In this document: one piece after another, positions 1 through 15,500 of the stretch
Position numbering within the stretch: the first letter of the stretch is position 1
Layout: every line of letters starts with the position of its first letter
DNA from: Phoronis australis
Lineage: Eukaryota > Animalia > Phoronida
Reading direction: 5' to 3'
NCBI GenBank assembly: GCA_002633005.1
Contig: NMRA01000263.1
Coordinates: 126,824-190,266, forward strand
Length of the DNA: 63,443 nucleotides
Made by a program: the position numbers and the translations under genes
The notes under the pieces: model-generated
What the model was told of the DNA's origin: nothing
Database searches by the model: none
The model's input: only the letters and a program-made list of their open reading frames with translations

Positions 1-413
1 CACTTTTTCTAAGTCCCCCATATTAATAATGTAAGGTGTCAACTGACCATGTTCACCGTGCCACTGCAATGACAAATGAGACATTTTGCTTACATGACAT
101 TTTTCACTTTTCTGATGCCAGCCAGTCCTGGCTTATTTAGGAACCTATGGAATCTTGTTCTACTTTTTTTGCAATGATTCATGCCTGGAACAAGGTACCA
201 CTTGTGCTAACAAAGAAACGGGTGAAACACATGACGTCAGTATGAGTCAATGACCTACATTACATTTGGACATTTGTTGGCAACAGCGCCACCTGAGGTG
301 GCTCACAGACGCATTGAGTGCATCTTGACACATACTGTGACCATTTTCCAAACAACAAAAATGAACCCAATGTAGCAGTTCGGCTACCTGTGACAAGATT
401 GATTTTGCAGTAC

Positions 414-584
414 CTGTGCATTGCTGACAGCACTCTCCAGGTCTCTGTATACCATGGGTACATGTGACTGGACACGTCTCCTTGGGTTGACAGGAAACAG
501 AGCCCTCAATACACCGGCACACGGTGCAAAGCTCAGGCGACCACTCATCACCGTGTTCATACTGTCTGCCCTCGTGTGAACAAC
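414..584 (-). CDS. Mosaic protein exon: VWC domain
   Basis: GCSHEGRQYEHGDEWSPELCTVCRCIEGSVSC...GECCQQCT; phase 1-1, 171 nt. Confidence 0.9.
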
Positions 585-3500
585 CTTGTCAGAGAACAAA
601 ACAAAGATGCTGAAATGATGTTATAATATGAAGTAAATGCCAAAAAAAATTGGAGAAATTTCCGTTTCCCCGTCAAACCTTTGTTTTAACTACTTTGAAG
701 GGGAATTTTTCTTCAGATACCAAGATGGTAAATTCAAGGGCTCTGATGGAGCTTTCTAAGTTTGACTGAAAGGTCTAAAGTCATGGCAAACAATTTATGT
801 TTAGAGTCAGCCACGTGGTGATTGCCATAAATTTTTGAGGTAAATGAACATAATTTGAGTTAAATTATTTGAATGTATCAACCAAGGTCACAGTGATTTC
901 CCTGACAACATGTTTCTGATCAGTGTTTCTGTACAGTAGTAAACTGCTAATTATATTTTACAACTGGCAAATGGCAGACTATTTTCATCATTGATAGTTA
1001 ACTGTTGAAGTCACAGGCCTTGACATCAGTGAATGTCTGGCAGACAACGATGAGAACTGGCCATTTGTAACAAAATCACTAAAACACAAGTTTCATAGCT
1101 CCTGTCAAAGCCACAAATTTCAACAGGTCTATCCTATCCCACAATAATCTAAATGCATTTTTCTGCTGTAAAACTGATAAATGTACCATTAGAAGCTTCC
1201 TAATTTGTATTTTCTGTCACAGAGAACACTGCAAGACTGTTTGGGACAACATGACGTAACACTCACGTGGACAGTGGGTTGGGCAGCACTCTCCAAGTGG
1301 AGTGACTGGCTGGTTGCATTTAAACTCCACTTCGGGGCATCGCCTGGAGATGCAGCGAACCACACTTTTGCTGCATGAACAGTTGAGACATCGGTTGAAC
1401 TGGGGCGTGAACACTTGTCCGTCTCTGAACGTCTTGCCTTCATACAGGCACTCTGAAAGGGTAATATGTGTCACGGCACAGGGACCTCGCTCACCTGAGA
1501 GCAAAGGTGTCTGTGCCTTCTGAGGGTAATTTTTGGTTGAGGAGTCACCCAGCACTAATTCCAAATCTCAGTTGCCATCCTTCATCAGCAGTATGCTTCA
1601 ATAGACAAAATTGACGTTTGAAGGAGTGATTCAAACTTTAAAAGGAATTTTTGATAATTGGAGAGAAAGTTTGGAGCCTGACTAAGAGCGATTTTGCATT
1701 TTAAAATATTTTAAAATAATTGGGGAATGAGGATGATATTTGGCCCCAGAATCAAGACATCGAGGGCCTTACATCAGCAACTTCATTTGGAATAAATACA
1801 ACATGTATATTATGTTATACTCTTCTAATAGTGCAGGCAAAACAATGAAGATGATTTGACAGTTTTGTCAGAGGATGCCATGATTTTATCACAACTTCCC
1901 CATTAGTGGTATATGTTGGCAGAGGACCTGAGATGAATCGAATCATGGAGTGTAAGATACTTCACGTTTGTTTGCTCCGGGTGGCTCATGGTCACGTGTA
2001 TATTCATGACTGAATGGACTGAATGTAATTTGCATATAACCTGACCCTCATTTCAGTATAAGTGTTGTGCGCTGACTCGATTTACTTACATTGTGGCAGT
2101 GCATATTTGGCGTCAGTGAGGAGAGCCAGGGAGCGGCAGTATTGAGGTATTTTTCATGGTATTTTTCGTATTTGGTATTTCCGAATTTGCATTTGGGCTT
2201 ATCTGTGAGGTTTGCTATGCATTTTGTTTTTATTTTTAGAACTGAAACAGAGAAGAACTGTGAAAATGTCAATGAGAAATGTTTCACGTCTCTCAATAAA
2301 GCACTTTTAAAAGATGTAACTCCTCTTGACTTGCCAAACACTCATATGGAGTCTCCAGACCAAACTGTCATGGCATAAGTTTTAGATGACTGTGCTGTTA
2401 GAACTCATACACCTTTTAATGTCAAACTTGATCATGAAGGCCATTGATGAGTTCCACAGGACATGCAGTTCATTCATTAACACAACAAATTAATATAAAA
2501 GAACAGATAAGCATCAGCAAGATATTATTCTTCTAAATTTTTTCGCACTGGTGGATCTAGGATGTTGTAAGGGGGTGTCCCAATGAAAATTTCCAAAAGT
2601 TCAAACATTTGCGATGACCCTAGAAAGGGTATGTTGATGCCTTTTAGAGTTTGGTCATCCTGGATCAGTCCGCACAAAAGATCTGTTCAGCTTCTTTCAC
2701 CAATGCAAAATGCATACCAAAAGACAGGAAAAAATTTCTGAAGATATTTTATGAATATGGAGATTATTCACACACTGTCGAAAATGACAAACTGTGCCTA
2801 CAACAAAATGTAATAGCATACATAACTCTCCACCTCACCTACCTCCTGGACATTCGCGACAACACTGGCCAGGGACACTGACTGCTGTATCTGGACAGTT
2901 GAGTGGAGGACACGTCTCTTCACGACACCTGACACTGCCATAAGCACAGCGACACGTCCTACAAGGATCTGGCTCAAACCTTCGCCCATGCCTGTATGGC
3001 TTGCCCTCAAACAGACAGTCTGTAAAACGATGGCAATCTTAATAGTACGTTGGACATGTACCAGCACATGACAACTTCCTCATATACCACAATGATTTTT
3101 ACATAGTTTTAAGAAAGCCTTTTAGCCTTGATCGTTGATAAAATATCACTTGGTTCCATCTCAAATGTCCCACATATAAGGCGCATGCACCTATGAAAGT
3201 TCCAGGTGCAGTTCCACAATTAGGCGCATACGCTCAATTGTAGAGTTGTAATTCTTACTTATCAGAAAATACTTGATGCAGATCCATCTGTTGCAGACAT
3301 ACTTATGGTAAAAATTATTCAGTGAAAAATTAATTGTTTTGCACAAGAACCAAGATGAGGGCCTTTTGCTGGTCTGTTTACAGTATTTTATTTTGTTCCA
3401 TGGATAGTACAGTGTGGTCATACAGGTCAAGGGACCACTGGAAAAATGTCTCTGCAAGATAACCATGATCTGCACTAAGGTAACATCAAATTTAACAGTA

Positions 3501-6500
3501 ATATTTTCCCTTTAAGCAAGGATTAGACGTTAAAGCATAACTTCACGCCATGCAATCAACTCATAAACATATTGAAAACAAAGACCTTTTTTCCTTAGTC
3601 ATATGTGTCCTTTGAGGTAAGCACTCCAGCTACAAAATGTGCTAGCAGAAACAGTCAAACACTTTTGGGTAACTCGACTCTCCAACAATTAAAGGACCAG
3701 CAAAACTGAAACTTGGAACCGTTCACATAACCAACATTTTCGCTACTAGCAAAAGCGCTGTTTCAGTCATTATGTGGTTAGATTAAGATTATCTAGGACC
3801 TACCACAAAATTGTCCAAATTTGGGAAACTTGGAAACATCATGTCCAAAAAATGACTGATAGGATTTACATGAAAAATGTTGTCAGGATTTGTTTTCAAA
3901 ATGTTTCACTTTCGCATGAGAGGCTAACAAAATATAGGACTTTTATGACTTTTTCAAGCAAAATTAAAAGTTGCATAAAATGAAAACAAAAAGAAAACAG
4001 TATGTTTAAGACTTCATCTTGAACATAAAGACAGTCATGTTTTTAATGTCATTGTTTTGCTTCGAGTATACCTTTAGGTAAATTTTATCAAATTTTATAG
4101 CCACATGACCTAAATATTGACAGATTGGTATAAAATCAAAGTCATATTCTACAGGTTTTCTACTTTTAGAAAATATATACTTACAACTGTGTTAATTTCT
4201 ACAATGTAGTTGGATGTTTGACTCAATAAGCAAACTTATCAATAAGGTCCTACATAACCTTAAAAGATCCCTCTTAAACTACACACAGTACTGTACTTCC
4301 CATTCTTACCTGAACAGCCAGGACAACACACTCCAGGTGGTATAAATGGGTGACTACATGACACGGGTGGGCACTTGGTCTCTTTGCATGTTGTTTTGCC
4401 ATTCTGCGATGGATGGGCAATAATAAATTTGAAGAACTCAAAATTCATCATCAGGGGCTAGTAAATGTGACGGGACATTAGTAACTGTACGTTATTGTTA
4501 TGCTGAGTTGTTATTGTCCATTTATTCTTATGCTAAGGGCTGTTCCAGCAAAATCTGTATGGGAGGGGGGGAAGGCACTTTTATTTCATACCCACCGCCC
4601 ATATTTTTCATTTATTTCTCCAACCCATGACCCATAATTTTTTAATTATTTTTAATAGGTTAAAATATAAAATCCAACACTTCCAAACAAATTGCCTCTA
4701 GGAGGACCTGTTGAGAACTTAAATGATTGACAGACAAGAACTAGTTGTCTTGTCCAATATTGTCAAAAACTAAAGTAGCCTGTGAGCAATACTTTTGGCA
4801 GCCACCAGGTGTCTCTGTTCACCATGTGTCTAAAATTTCAATGAACATTTTTGCAATTATAAGGATCTATGAATCTCAAACTGTCTCCACGAACTCTTTT
4901 ATACTTCTATGTCAAGTGAATATTGGAACTTGTTTAGCTTACTCCTCATACTTTTTATTTAAAAATCATCAATTTTCTTATATGTGTTAAAACCAGTTTA
5001 GTGTTGCATAACTTCAATTCAATAGGACTGCAGACAAACAGTTGACTCAAATCAAGTTGCCCATGACTTGTTTAATGGCTTAGTGAACATATTGCACTCT
5101 GTTCACTGGNTGCTGGTCTGTTTACAGTACTTTATTTTGTTCCATGGATAGTACAGTGTGGTCATACAGGTCAAGGGACCACTGGAAAAATGTCTCTGCA
5201 AGATAACCATGATCTGCACTAAGGTAACATCAAATTTAACAGTAATATTTTCCCTTTAAGCAAGGACTAGACGTTAAAGCATAACTTCACGCCATGCAAT
5301 CAACTCATAAACATATTGAAAACAAAGACCTTTTTTCCTTAGTCATATGTGTCCTTTGAGGTGAGCACTCCAGCTACAAAATGTGCTAGCAGAAACAGTC
5401 AATCACTTTTGGGTAACTCGACTCTCCAACAATTAAAGGACCAGCAAAACTGAAACTTGGAACCGTTCACATAACCAACATTTTCGCTACAAGCAAAAGC
5501 GCTGTTTCAGTCATTATGTGGTTAGATTAAGATTATGTAGGACCTACCACAAAATTGTCCAAATTTGGGAAACTTGGAAACATCATGTCCAAAAAATGAC
5601 TGATAGGATTTACATGAAAAATGTTGTCAGGATTTGTTTTCAAAATGTTTCACTTTTGCATGAGAGGCTAACAAAATGTAGGACTTTTATGACTTTTTCA
5701 AGCAAAATTAAAAGTTGCATAAAATGAAAACAAAAAGAAAACAGTATGTTTAAGACTTCATCTTGAACATAAAGACAGTCATGTTTTTAATGTCATTGTT
5801 TTGCTTCGCGTATACCTTTAGGTAAATTTTATCAAATTTCATAGTCACATGACCTAAATATTGACAGATTGGTATAAAATCAAAGTCATATTCTACAGGT
5901 TTTCTACTTTTAGAAAATATATACTTACAACTGTGTTAATTTCTACAATGTAGTTGGATGTTTGACTCAATAAGCAAACTTATCAATAAGGTCCTCCATA
6001 ACCTTAAAAGATCCCTCTTGAACTACACACAGTACTGTACTTCCCATTCTTACCTGAACAGCCAGGACAACACACTCCAGGTGGTATAAATGGGTGACTA
6101 CATGACACAGGTGGACACTTGGTCTCTTTGCATGTTGTTTTTCCATTCTGCAATGGATGGGCAATAATAAATTTGAAGAACTCAAAATTCATCATCAGGG
6201 GCTAGTAAATGTGACGGGACGATAATAACTGTATGTTATTGTTACGCTTAGTTGCTATTGTTCATTTATTCTTATGCTAATGTATTTTCTGCGTCTCAGT
6301 GAGCCTTTGTTACGTGGGCATGCGGGCACGACTGTATGTGTCGGGCACTTCGCTAGCGACAGGCTTCATAGAAGGGTGTTTCCTTCTTTCTGTGGCAACT
6401 GTGGATTGAGCATATTATGTAATTTCGAACTGAACTGTAATGTACATGTATGTGTAAGGTGAAATACACATTTTGGTGATCTGTGAAGATTTGATTTGTT

Positions 6501-9500
6501 ACATAAAATAACAATTATTCATGGAAAGTGTACACATTCAGGTAACAAAGAGTTCCCCATGCATACATTGGCTTCAAGGTAAACAAGAAGTTTTTATATC
6601 AGACTCTGTGATTCAAAAACAACAATTGATTATGAAGCTGTCAAATAAAGTACGTGACAGGCAATGATAACTGGCCAGGAGGTTTTAAGACCAGTTTTCG
6701 ATAAAACATGGCATTACACGCCTGATGTAAACAACAGGCGTTTTCACTAAAGATGAACAATACACCTATCAAATTTCATATTAAAAGCTCAGCAACCACT
6801 TTAATTAGCCATTTTAATGCACTACGCGGTGCAAATATGGTTGTTCTCTATTTGTAAAAAGAGTCACTGGTGACAATACGGGTTAACTTGTAGATGCTTA
6901 ATTGGCAAGAGATGGACACTGGTATTAGAACTTTCAAGAAATTGGGGATGGGCACTTACCCAAGCATGGGTACTTAACCTGAGCCAGTGTCGCCCTGGCC
7001 CATGGATCCAAAGTTTAAAGAATTTGTTGCAAAATTAGTTACCGACATAAAAGTTGGTGATGCAAAAATGATTTTGGATAGAACCTCCTAGTAAGACATT
7101 TAAATTGAGAAACTCAATAACTCAGGAAATGGGTGCAGAGGATATCAAGGCATTAAAAACAAAATTATTTTTAAAAAAACTGTACCTGTCCATTTACCAA
7201 AAGTTACTAACTACTCCCATGTAAATGCTCAGGGATTTGCACTTAATATGTTTACAGGATGATGTTTACTATAACTAGTGACATGCAAGTGTCAAATGAA
7301 ACAAAAATAATGTTACTTCATTTGTAACAGGTAAGCAGACTGGGTGTATTTTGGGAGCTGAAGTTGGTGGCATTCAAAGGTTAGGGCTCTTTTAAGGAAC
7401 CAAAAGTTATGACTATGAATTGGGAGGTGAGCATATCGATTGTGGATGTTTGAATCTGATAATTAAACTTGGGAGTGGTAGTTCAGCAGATCAGGGATGC
7501 CAACATAGAAGACTATTGTGGTAACTTTAAATTTGTTTCCAGTATATGAATATTTCCAAACCAAATCATTATTTTGAAGCTCAGTTCTCCATAATGAAAC
7601 AAAGGATGATGTGACGATATTAAACAATTATTCAAACAGATTGTAAGCAAGTCACCTCATGCAATATGCCATACCTCACAACGACATGTGCGACAGTCAT
7701 CCTCTCTCCAGGTGGCGCCATGAGCTTTATCACCACAGTCTAGACAAGTAGGACAGCAGTTGCCAGGCAACGTGATGGGTGATTGACAGAACTCCATATC
7801 TGGACACTCCTTGCTCCTGCATCTTATATTTCCATTGGTGCATCGACACCTCTGACAAGGATCACTGGGTGGAGTAAACTCTGCACCATTAACATATGGC
7901 TTGCCAAGGTATTCACAACCTGGATGACGAAATGATCAAGATGACATAAACCTACCATTGTCAACGAAATTTATTAATTTAGAGCTACAAAACTGATCTC
8001 AATTTCCTCCTTATTCAGATGAGAAATGATCAGAAATTTGTTTTTGGTATACGGTGAATTTCTGGCAACTTAAATGAATACTACCACTGACTATAACTCT
8101 ATTAACATAATAGCAAGGAAAGGGATTAATGTAGTTTAATAATTTTATTTTGTCATATTATTCTCATACTGAAAACAACACAGCTATCATCATAATTATT
8201 GCTATGAACTACACAGCTGACATCAAACATTTGGTAAAAATTTGAGACATTCGCAGTAATAATGTCAGTTTAGCCATACATTTGTACACAAGGCATGTCG
8301 TTTTAAACACGACATTGCATTTGCCCTTAACATCCCTAATGGATGTTCTCTTCAATTGGCAGTAGTCACATCTAGCATCAGGTGTTAGTTTGTAATTCAA
8401 CTGCTGAAAGCACATGGTAGTATTACTGACGTTCATTTGTTTATACTGCCATGAGCTTTGAACCATTGATACTAGATCTCCTGCCACCTGTTGGAGAGAC
8501 TGTCCATTAAGGCTGCTACAGGCAAATTTATTGTTGTGTTTAACAAAACACGTCTTAAAAATTTGCGTTGTAACTGAACAAACTTTACAGTGTGAAGCAA
8601 ACTTTAAAGGAGATGGTAAAACGTCAAATCTGACACTGTCTAATTGTACTGACCATCACAAGTAGAGCAGCACTGGCCAGGTAAGGTGACTGGGTTGTTA
8701 CAGGTGATCCTAGGACAGTGCTGTGGACCACACTCGATGGAACCCATCTGAAAATAGGAAGGGAATGAGAAGGACTGCTTAAAAGGTAGACAAAGCACAA
8801 TATGCTGCAAGGCAGTTCTGATCCAATGGTAAAGTGTACCAAATTCTAGAACAATGTAATACCTACATGTGAAAACATGAGACAGCACTGGCAAGTGATG
8901 AAAAGTTATACCCAAATGGGTACAAATATTTCCTCCCACCGTCCCTGCAGAGAAACAGTTCTTGACCACAAGTCACATCATTCATCCAAGACAGCCTTGC
9001 AAAGCTTAATTAACTAGTACTCAAGACAATATTATTTGACAATATGTCACATAAAAATTGACGTAAAATATGTGTTCAAAGAAACTAAGGAAAACATCTT
9101 ATCCTTTTACTCTATCAAACCAAACAGATAGTTCTCAGTACAATGTTGGAAATGGGAAAAATGCGAGAGAATTTACAAAGCCTTGTACAACCTGAGTACG
9201 GACCACTGATCTGTGTTTCACTAAAAGGCGTATTCATTTTTGTCTGTCCCCATCCCATTTCATTAAGACGAGCTCTGGCATTCTAAGAACGAGCATGGAG
9301 TGATAGTCTTTTCCAATATGACAGTATGTCTTGTTTTGTGGGAAGATTAATAAATAAAAAGACACAGACTACAAAAAGATAGACATGATAAAAATGCTAC
9401 AAAGACTGACCAAACACTGACAAACTTCACATTTTGTACTGCCTGACCAAGAGGTCCCCTCCTCACGTTTGGCTCCAGTATAGGGATCCACACAACCTGT

Positions 9501-12500
9501 AAAGAGCAACAGATAATCTGAGATTGAAAAACAATACTCGCCATTTTGGCTGATATTAATTCATATCAGGCTGATGATCAGTGATCATTATTCACAGAAT
9601 CATTCATGGAAATTATCTTTTAATCACTTATCATTGCTCAGTGATAAGAAACCATAAAAATTATCATTTCTGGCCGTCATGACCATTCACTACAGACTGC
9701 TTGACACTAAGCTCAGTGAGAATGTAAGTTGTCTTGTTGCAGCTGGTCATTTAATGCAAATTCCTCAGTAGATAAGGACAATGGATGAAAAAGATCAGAT
9801 ATCACTATTTCATTGTAAAGTGATACCAAAGTCCCAGAAAAGTTGGCTCTTGCTGATGGTTTTGGTTTCACCAGAGCTATACCCACAGCAACCATAAATC
9901 TTAAATGAAACGAAATTGTTCAGTAGCACGCCTGCTATGAAAGTATCTCTGTCTGCATAACGTAATAAACACTTACCAAGACACTGAACTTGACGACCAG
10001 TCAGACCGTCAATCCAGATAGGCAGACATGAGCCACAGTTGTACACTCTACACACAGCTGTCTTGTGTCCCGCACACGTCAGTCCGCGACACAGTGATTG
10101 GTCGCATGCAATTGGTGGCTTATCAACTGGGCAACCACTGCCAAAGTGGGTGACTAGACACAACCTGTGGTGAGGAGATCAGATATTGGAGTGTCTTCAT
10201 CGATTTTCAATAACAAATTGTAGGAGAGTACTTTGTCCATTTTCTTGTGAACTGTTATCAACTTGATGTACTTAAAGTTTACAGAGCGCTGTTTATCATA
10301 AGTAATATGACTATTAACCTCATGGTTATTTTCCGTTTCTTACAATGGTGAGCGCTGAATGTTTTAATTTTGTGATCCTCATAAAAAGTTGTGAAACAAA
10401 GCAAGTTTTCTGTGGTAATACTCTGGTTGGAATTGATTTATGACATAATAAATGGATTCATTCTTATTCTACCTTACTTTAAGGTTGGCCATTTCTCACC
10501 AACTGATGCAACACTCAAATAAGTTCAACTGACTAAACAGCTTATGGTTTGACTGACAAACATTTGATAAACTTAAAGCATTCAACTAACATTTACACTA
10601 ACAGTTAAGAACGTATACTAATTACTTATTTCAGAAAACCATTTGCATTTGTAACATATATTATGCGGGCTTGTTTCAATAAGTTCATCAACACATCATC
10701 ACCAAAGCAAACAGAGACTGTGCTCTAATCTACAATATTTGAAACATGGACGACAACAATGTCAAAAGAGTTACCCGTATATCTCTACATTAATTGACAG
10801 TGATTAGCATCTAGGCAACACCAAATTTCTAAATGTACAAGAAAACTACCTTGCATCAGGATCTATTGGCAGCCACAGCCGATCAGACGTCACAGAGGTT
10901 GACCTTGGTCTGTAATTTTGGTCAACCATTCGTCGGCTCAGCCAATCAATGACCAGCTGCTTTGTAAGACTTTCTTGATTGGATCTGTCCAGCCAATAGA
11001 CAGGGAACCACCATGACTTAAGTGAGGACACCTGTGGACAGATTCTGCTGATCTGTTCCAGAGTAGATACGTTGACGCTTGGCAGGCGCTTTTCCACCCA
11101 GGCTTTGACACGAATGTATAGAGGTCCTCTGTAGTAGTTGTTACAGTTCCTGGCATCATAGCCCTGGGAGTTGAATCCAAAGATATCAAAACCTTGGCGA
11201 TTGAAACCAAATCTATTTATGTTGTAGATGTTGTAACCGTATGGATCAAACTGGTGTAGCTTACTTTCATCCACACCAGGTCGATAGAGTCCATTCTGGT
11301 GGAAACCAAATGGTGTGTACCCTTCCATGTCAAAACCATAGCGGTTATACCCTGATCTATCGAATCCACTTATACTGAAGCCATCTCTGTTGAATCCCTC
11401 TCTATCATATCCGTAGCGATCAAACCCTGACATGTCATAACCATCTCGTCCATAGCCTTCCTTATCAAAGCCGTACACATTGTATATTCCCCGGTTGTCA
11501 GGACGACCTTCGCGATTGACACCCAATCGATTGAAGCCATCACGGTCGAAACCTTCCCTGTCAAAACCATGGCGATCATAACCATCTAAGTCGTAACCAA
11601 GTTCGGGTTGTGTCACATTACATTTGGCACCTTCTGTCAACGACACATACTTGACGCACAGCTGATCTTCACTGGAGAAGACATCGTCTGGAGAAACACC
11701 AAATGGTGCCATTGGTACATACCTCTCCGCTGGCAAATACTGGAAGACACCATCAGGATGCCTGCTCTGCCACTCATCCCACAATTTGTCGATGTAAGCA
11801 TAATGGGAGAAGAACAGTGGATCATATGGACTGTAGGGTGTGGCCATGTGGCCACCAACTGCCTGATGGAACAGACTGGACATTGCCTCCACCTGCAGAC
11901 GGAATTTATCGTAGGACGGCTCCTTCAATAGTAATTCGATATCTACAACATCTGGAAGACGGATATTGATATCTAGCTTCCTTCTCAAACAAGGACTCCA
12001 GAATGGTGGATGTGCCTCTTTAAATGGATGGTGACGGACACACTCGGAGTCCGCTTCGCCATTACCACCAAATACATTTGCCTGCCAAATATAGGCCCTC
12101 TTGAAATCGCCCACGTCTGCTGTCCAGTCATAATAGGGAACAAACAGCCTACAATCAATCCTAGCTAACTCCCTCTCAAACATTGCCAAGAAGTACCTAT
12201 GCCAGGGCAAGAACGCCAGGCTGCCGTAAGCCTGGGGGACATGGTGAGCGTGCTGCTCAGCCAGTTTGCTCCATTTGGAGTTTTCTCCTGTGGACAGCAC
12301 CTTGATGGCTGCCTGGTACCTGTCTAGTTCATCGCGGGTCAATTCACGTATTTCCTTCCTTAGAACTGTGGTGGTGCAGTCGCTGACGATAGCACCACCA
12401 AGTGAGCACCTGTACGTTTGACAGCCAGAGCTGAATTTCTGTCCCAAGCGGTAAGTTTTGTCCAGGAAGTGACAACCACAAGACTCCTTGCAGTCTATAT

Positions 12501-15500
12501 TTCCACAGTTGGATCCAGGAACAAACTTGACAACCTGATAAGAACAATAAAGGCTAAATGAAAATGCCAACCGAGTAATGTACAGACAATTCACTCCCTG
12601 GCACACACTTTATACTCATGGTAAAGACGTCAACACTGAGAAGTCACACTTTATTACGAGATACTACAACTTCTGTTGTTAATTGATACACATATCGAAC
12701 TGATGAATTTTGTTTTAACTATAAGAGTCAGGAGGAAGCCAAAGAAAACAAAAATAACAGAAACAATATTTGCAGTGACGTAATCAGTCTTTGAAAAATG
12801 GTAAAATAATGAGTTTGGTAAATAATTTTTGTGCAAAATAAACCGAAAATCAGGTAACACGTCCTTAAAGCTGCATTTCGCCCCGTTTTGCTGGCTAAAA
12901 ACAAAAATCAAATTAGGCCTTTCACTCGCATACAATCAGTCTCAAAATATTCCTTACCGTGATGGGATTCCATTTCCGTTACCAAATGGCGCATGTACAC
13001 ATTGTTTGTGACTTAAATTGGAAATGGAAATGGAATCCTCTCACAGTAAACAATATAATGCAACCAATTTTATGACTCAGCAAAAGTCATAAGATGATTT
13101 TCGGTTGCTAGCCAGCTAAACAAGGCGAATTGCAGCTTTAAGTTACCAGTGACATCAATGGATGTCTATCACCCAGAAACTGTCCAGCAATGCATTTTAG
13201 AAATATCAGCAGTATCGAAGATGAAATCTGACAAATTAAGTACTGCATTTATTGTAGAGGTAATGTTGCTATATTATCTCACTTGTCTGCATGTTGAAGT
13301 TCAAAGGCCCACCAATGTACCTGTAACTGTGACTGCGACCTTTCCATCTGTTTACATGACTCTACAGAGTTTACATCAAAACAGTCATATCTAAAGCCAG
13401 CAGAGAGACCCCTATAGTTCACCGAACCTTCATTGTAACCATGACAGTTAAATCCACCCCTGCAATAAAACAAAGTAAAACACTTCACAGACATTTTTTG
13501 ACACATATTTCAAATAATAAAAACTGTGACATTTAAGTATGACAAAGTTGACAATTAAAGCTGATAAATGCACTTGCCTTCTGTCAAAAAATAGAATCAG
13601 ATTGTTCCACAGTCAGATGATAAGTAATTTCTGAGGTTAGGAAAAACTAACACTATGTCATTGCTCAAAATCAGACTCGGTAAGTTGGCATTACATGTGG
13701 GGTAATTTTTGCACCGAGCACGACTTAACACAAAATTTAATTTCGTTCATCGCAAGTTCATTAATCACCTCTAATCTGCGAAAGAGAGCCATTCTGTAAC
13801 TAGAATCCTGCTGCCCTCATAGTTATTACCAGCCTTTTTTGCTCTTAACAGAATTGGTCGTCATGACAGCAAAACGGTATTTTGTCCGATTACCTTTGTC
13901 TTGTACTGTATTAAGAACTCCTAATAGATCTGCTCATCACAGATGCAAAGAAATGTTTCGCAAGATTTTGTCACCAGTCTTTTCATAGACTTTGGTAATC
14001 TATGCTTACCCATCCCAGGTAAACTATGCTTACCCATCGCACAGTGGATATCAAGGTTATGTAGGAGCCTAGAAAAATATCTCCCAACTACTGGCTAACT
14101 TTAGAACATCACATCTAAGATATGGCTGCTGGAAACTTTCTGATACTATGCTGTGTGCACTAGTCTCCAAACTTTCTGATACTATGCTATGTGCACTAGT
14201 CTCCAAACTTTCTGATACTATGCTATGTGCACTAGTCTCCAAACTTTCTGATACTATGCTATGTGCACTAGTCTCCAAATTTTCTGATACTATGCTATGT
14301 GCACTAGTCTCCAAACTTTCTGATACTATGGTATGTGCACTAGTCTCCTAACTTCCTGATACTATGCTATGTGCACTAGTCTCCAAACTTTCTGATACTA
14401 TGTTATGTGCACTAGTCTCAAAATGCTGATAGGAATAGTGTTTAGAATGTTCCCTTTTAGCATGGGCTTTCAAAAAACAACAGAATTTAGTGTTATGCAT
14501 GAAAAAATTTATAAAACAAAAAAGGAATGTTTTAGAAAACTAAATGTGCTTTTGAGAACTGATTTTGAAAAATTATACCATTTTTGTTATTGGTACCATT
14601 GTTTTGTTATTAAATAATTATATACCTTAATTTCCTTTTTGTTAAATTTTACTAAAAACACATGATCATCTGATATTATCAATGTCAGATTGGTATAACT
14701 TCAAAAATCAAATAAACTTTCCACTTTCAGAAAATATATACTCTTTCAGAGTTAAAATCTATAGTTTTGTAGACCTGTCAATAAGGACCCACATTAACCA
14801 TATCAAGGAGGCTAGAAACAGAGTTTCGAAGCCAAACATTATTCAAAGACATTATCTGTGCCACACTCGCTAAAACCAGTGTTGATATACCATAAAAATT
14901 TTAAAAAATGAATTTAACACAGGATAGTGATACAACTCATTGAGACGAGTTCGGTGCATACCTTGCCTGCAATGACCCCCACATTTCCCAGATAACAACT
15001 TCCTCTACAATATCCGTAGAAGGTCTATAGGTTTCTTTTTTGTCAAAAGATCAAACAAAAAAGTTCAAAATCCACCACTCAAATCACCACTAACCTAAAA
15101 ATATGAGCACTGCCCCAGAAATCACTTTCGCACTCACCTATCCAAACCTGTGTCTATATGATACCCCTGGTCATTGTAGTCCACAATACCATCATACTCC
15201 CCAATGGAGCTCCAGCCAGTTCTGTTCCAACCATCCCTGTAACCAGACCCATCGTATCCCTGTCTGTCAACACCATCAGCATTGAGACCCCTCCTGTTAA
15301 ATCCTACAAACAAAAGTTGATTTACAAAACTCTAAAACAAAAAAACACTGTTGTATTCTTAACAACAGTTATCGTGTTTATAGAAAATTGAATCACTTAA
15401 CGACAGACCTGGGTAGGATGAAATTCAACATCCCTATAGTCATCGACCGAAGGAACATCGTTCCTGACATGAACACATAGCACTTATTGGTCCACATGTC

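Larger units (their letters stand above)
3367..6280. repeat. Near-identical 1170-bp direct duplication (3367-4536 and 5111-6280) across the N at 5110; probable uncollapsed haplotypes
   Basis: Constant offset of 1744 bp, scattered substitutions, second copy starts exactly at the gap. Confidence 0.85.

Noticed and set aside
10846-12606. 586-aa ORF as a stand-alone active tyrosinase or haemocyanin
   Set aside because: Bounded by splice sites in phase with neighbouring exons; the ORF start is intronic; copper ligands are incomplete
13283-13320. Extension of the exon to the GTGAGA donor at 13282
   Set aside because: Would end in phase 2 while the next exon starts in phase 0; the donor at 13320 keeps the frame
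14069-14351. Repetitive ORFs (ETSAHSIVSESL / MLCALVSKLSDT), likewise 58072-58425
   Set aside because: By-products of minisatellites; no fitting splice sites and not needed for exon phase continuity
14133-14420. 36-bp repeats of CRISPR-like length (also 45514-45700, 47613-47802, 58537-59057)
   Set aside because: Units are head to tail with no unique spacers, no cas genes are present, and the context is spliceosomal introns
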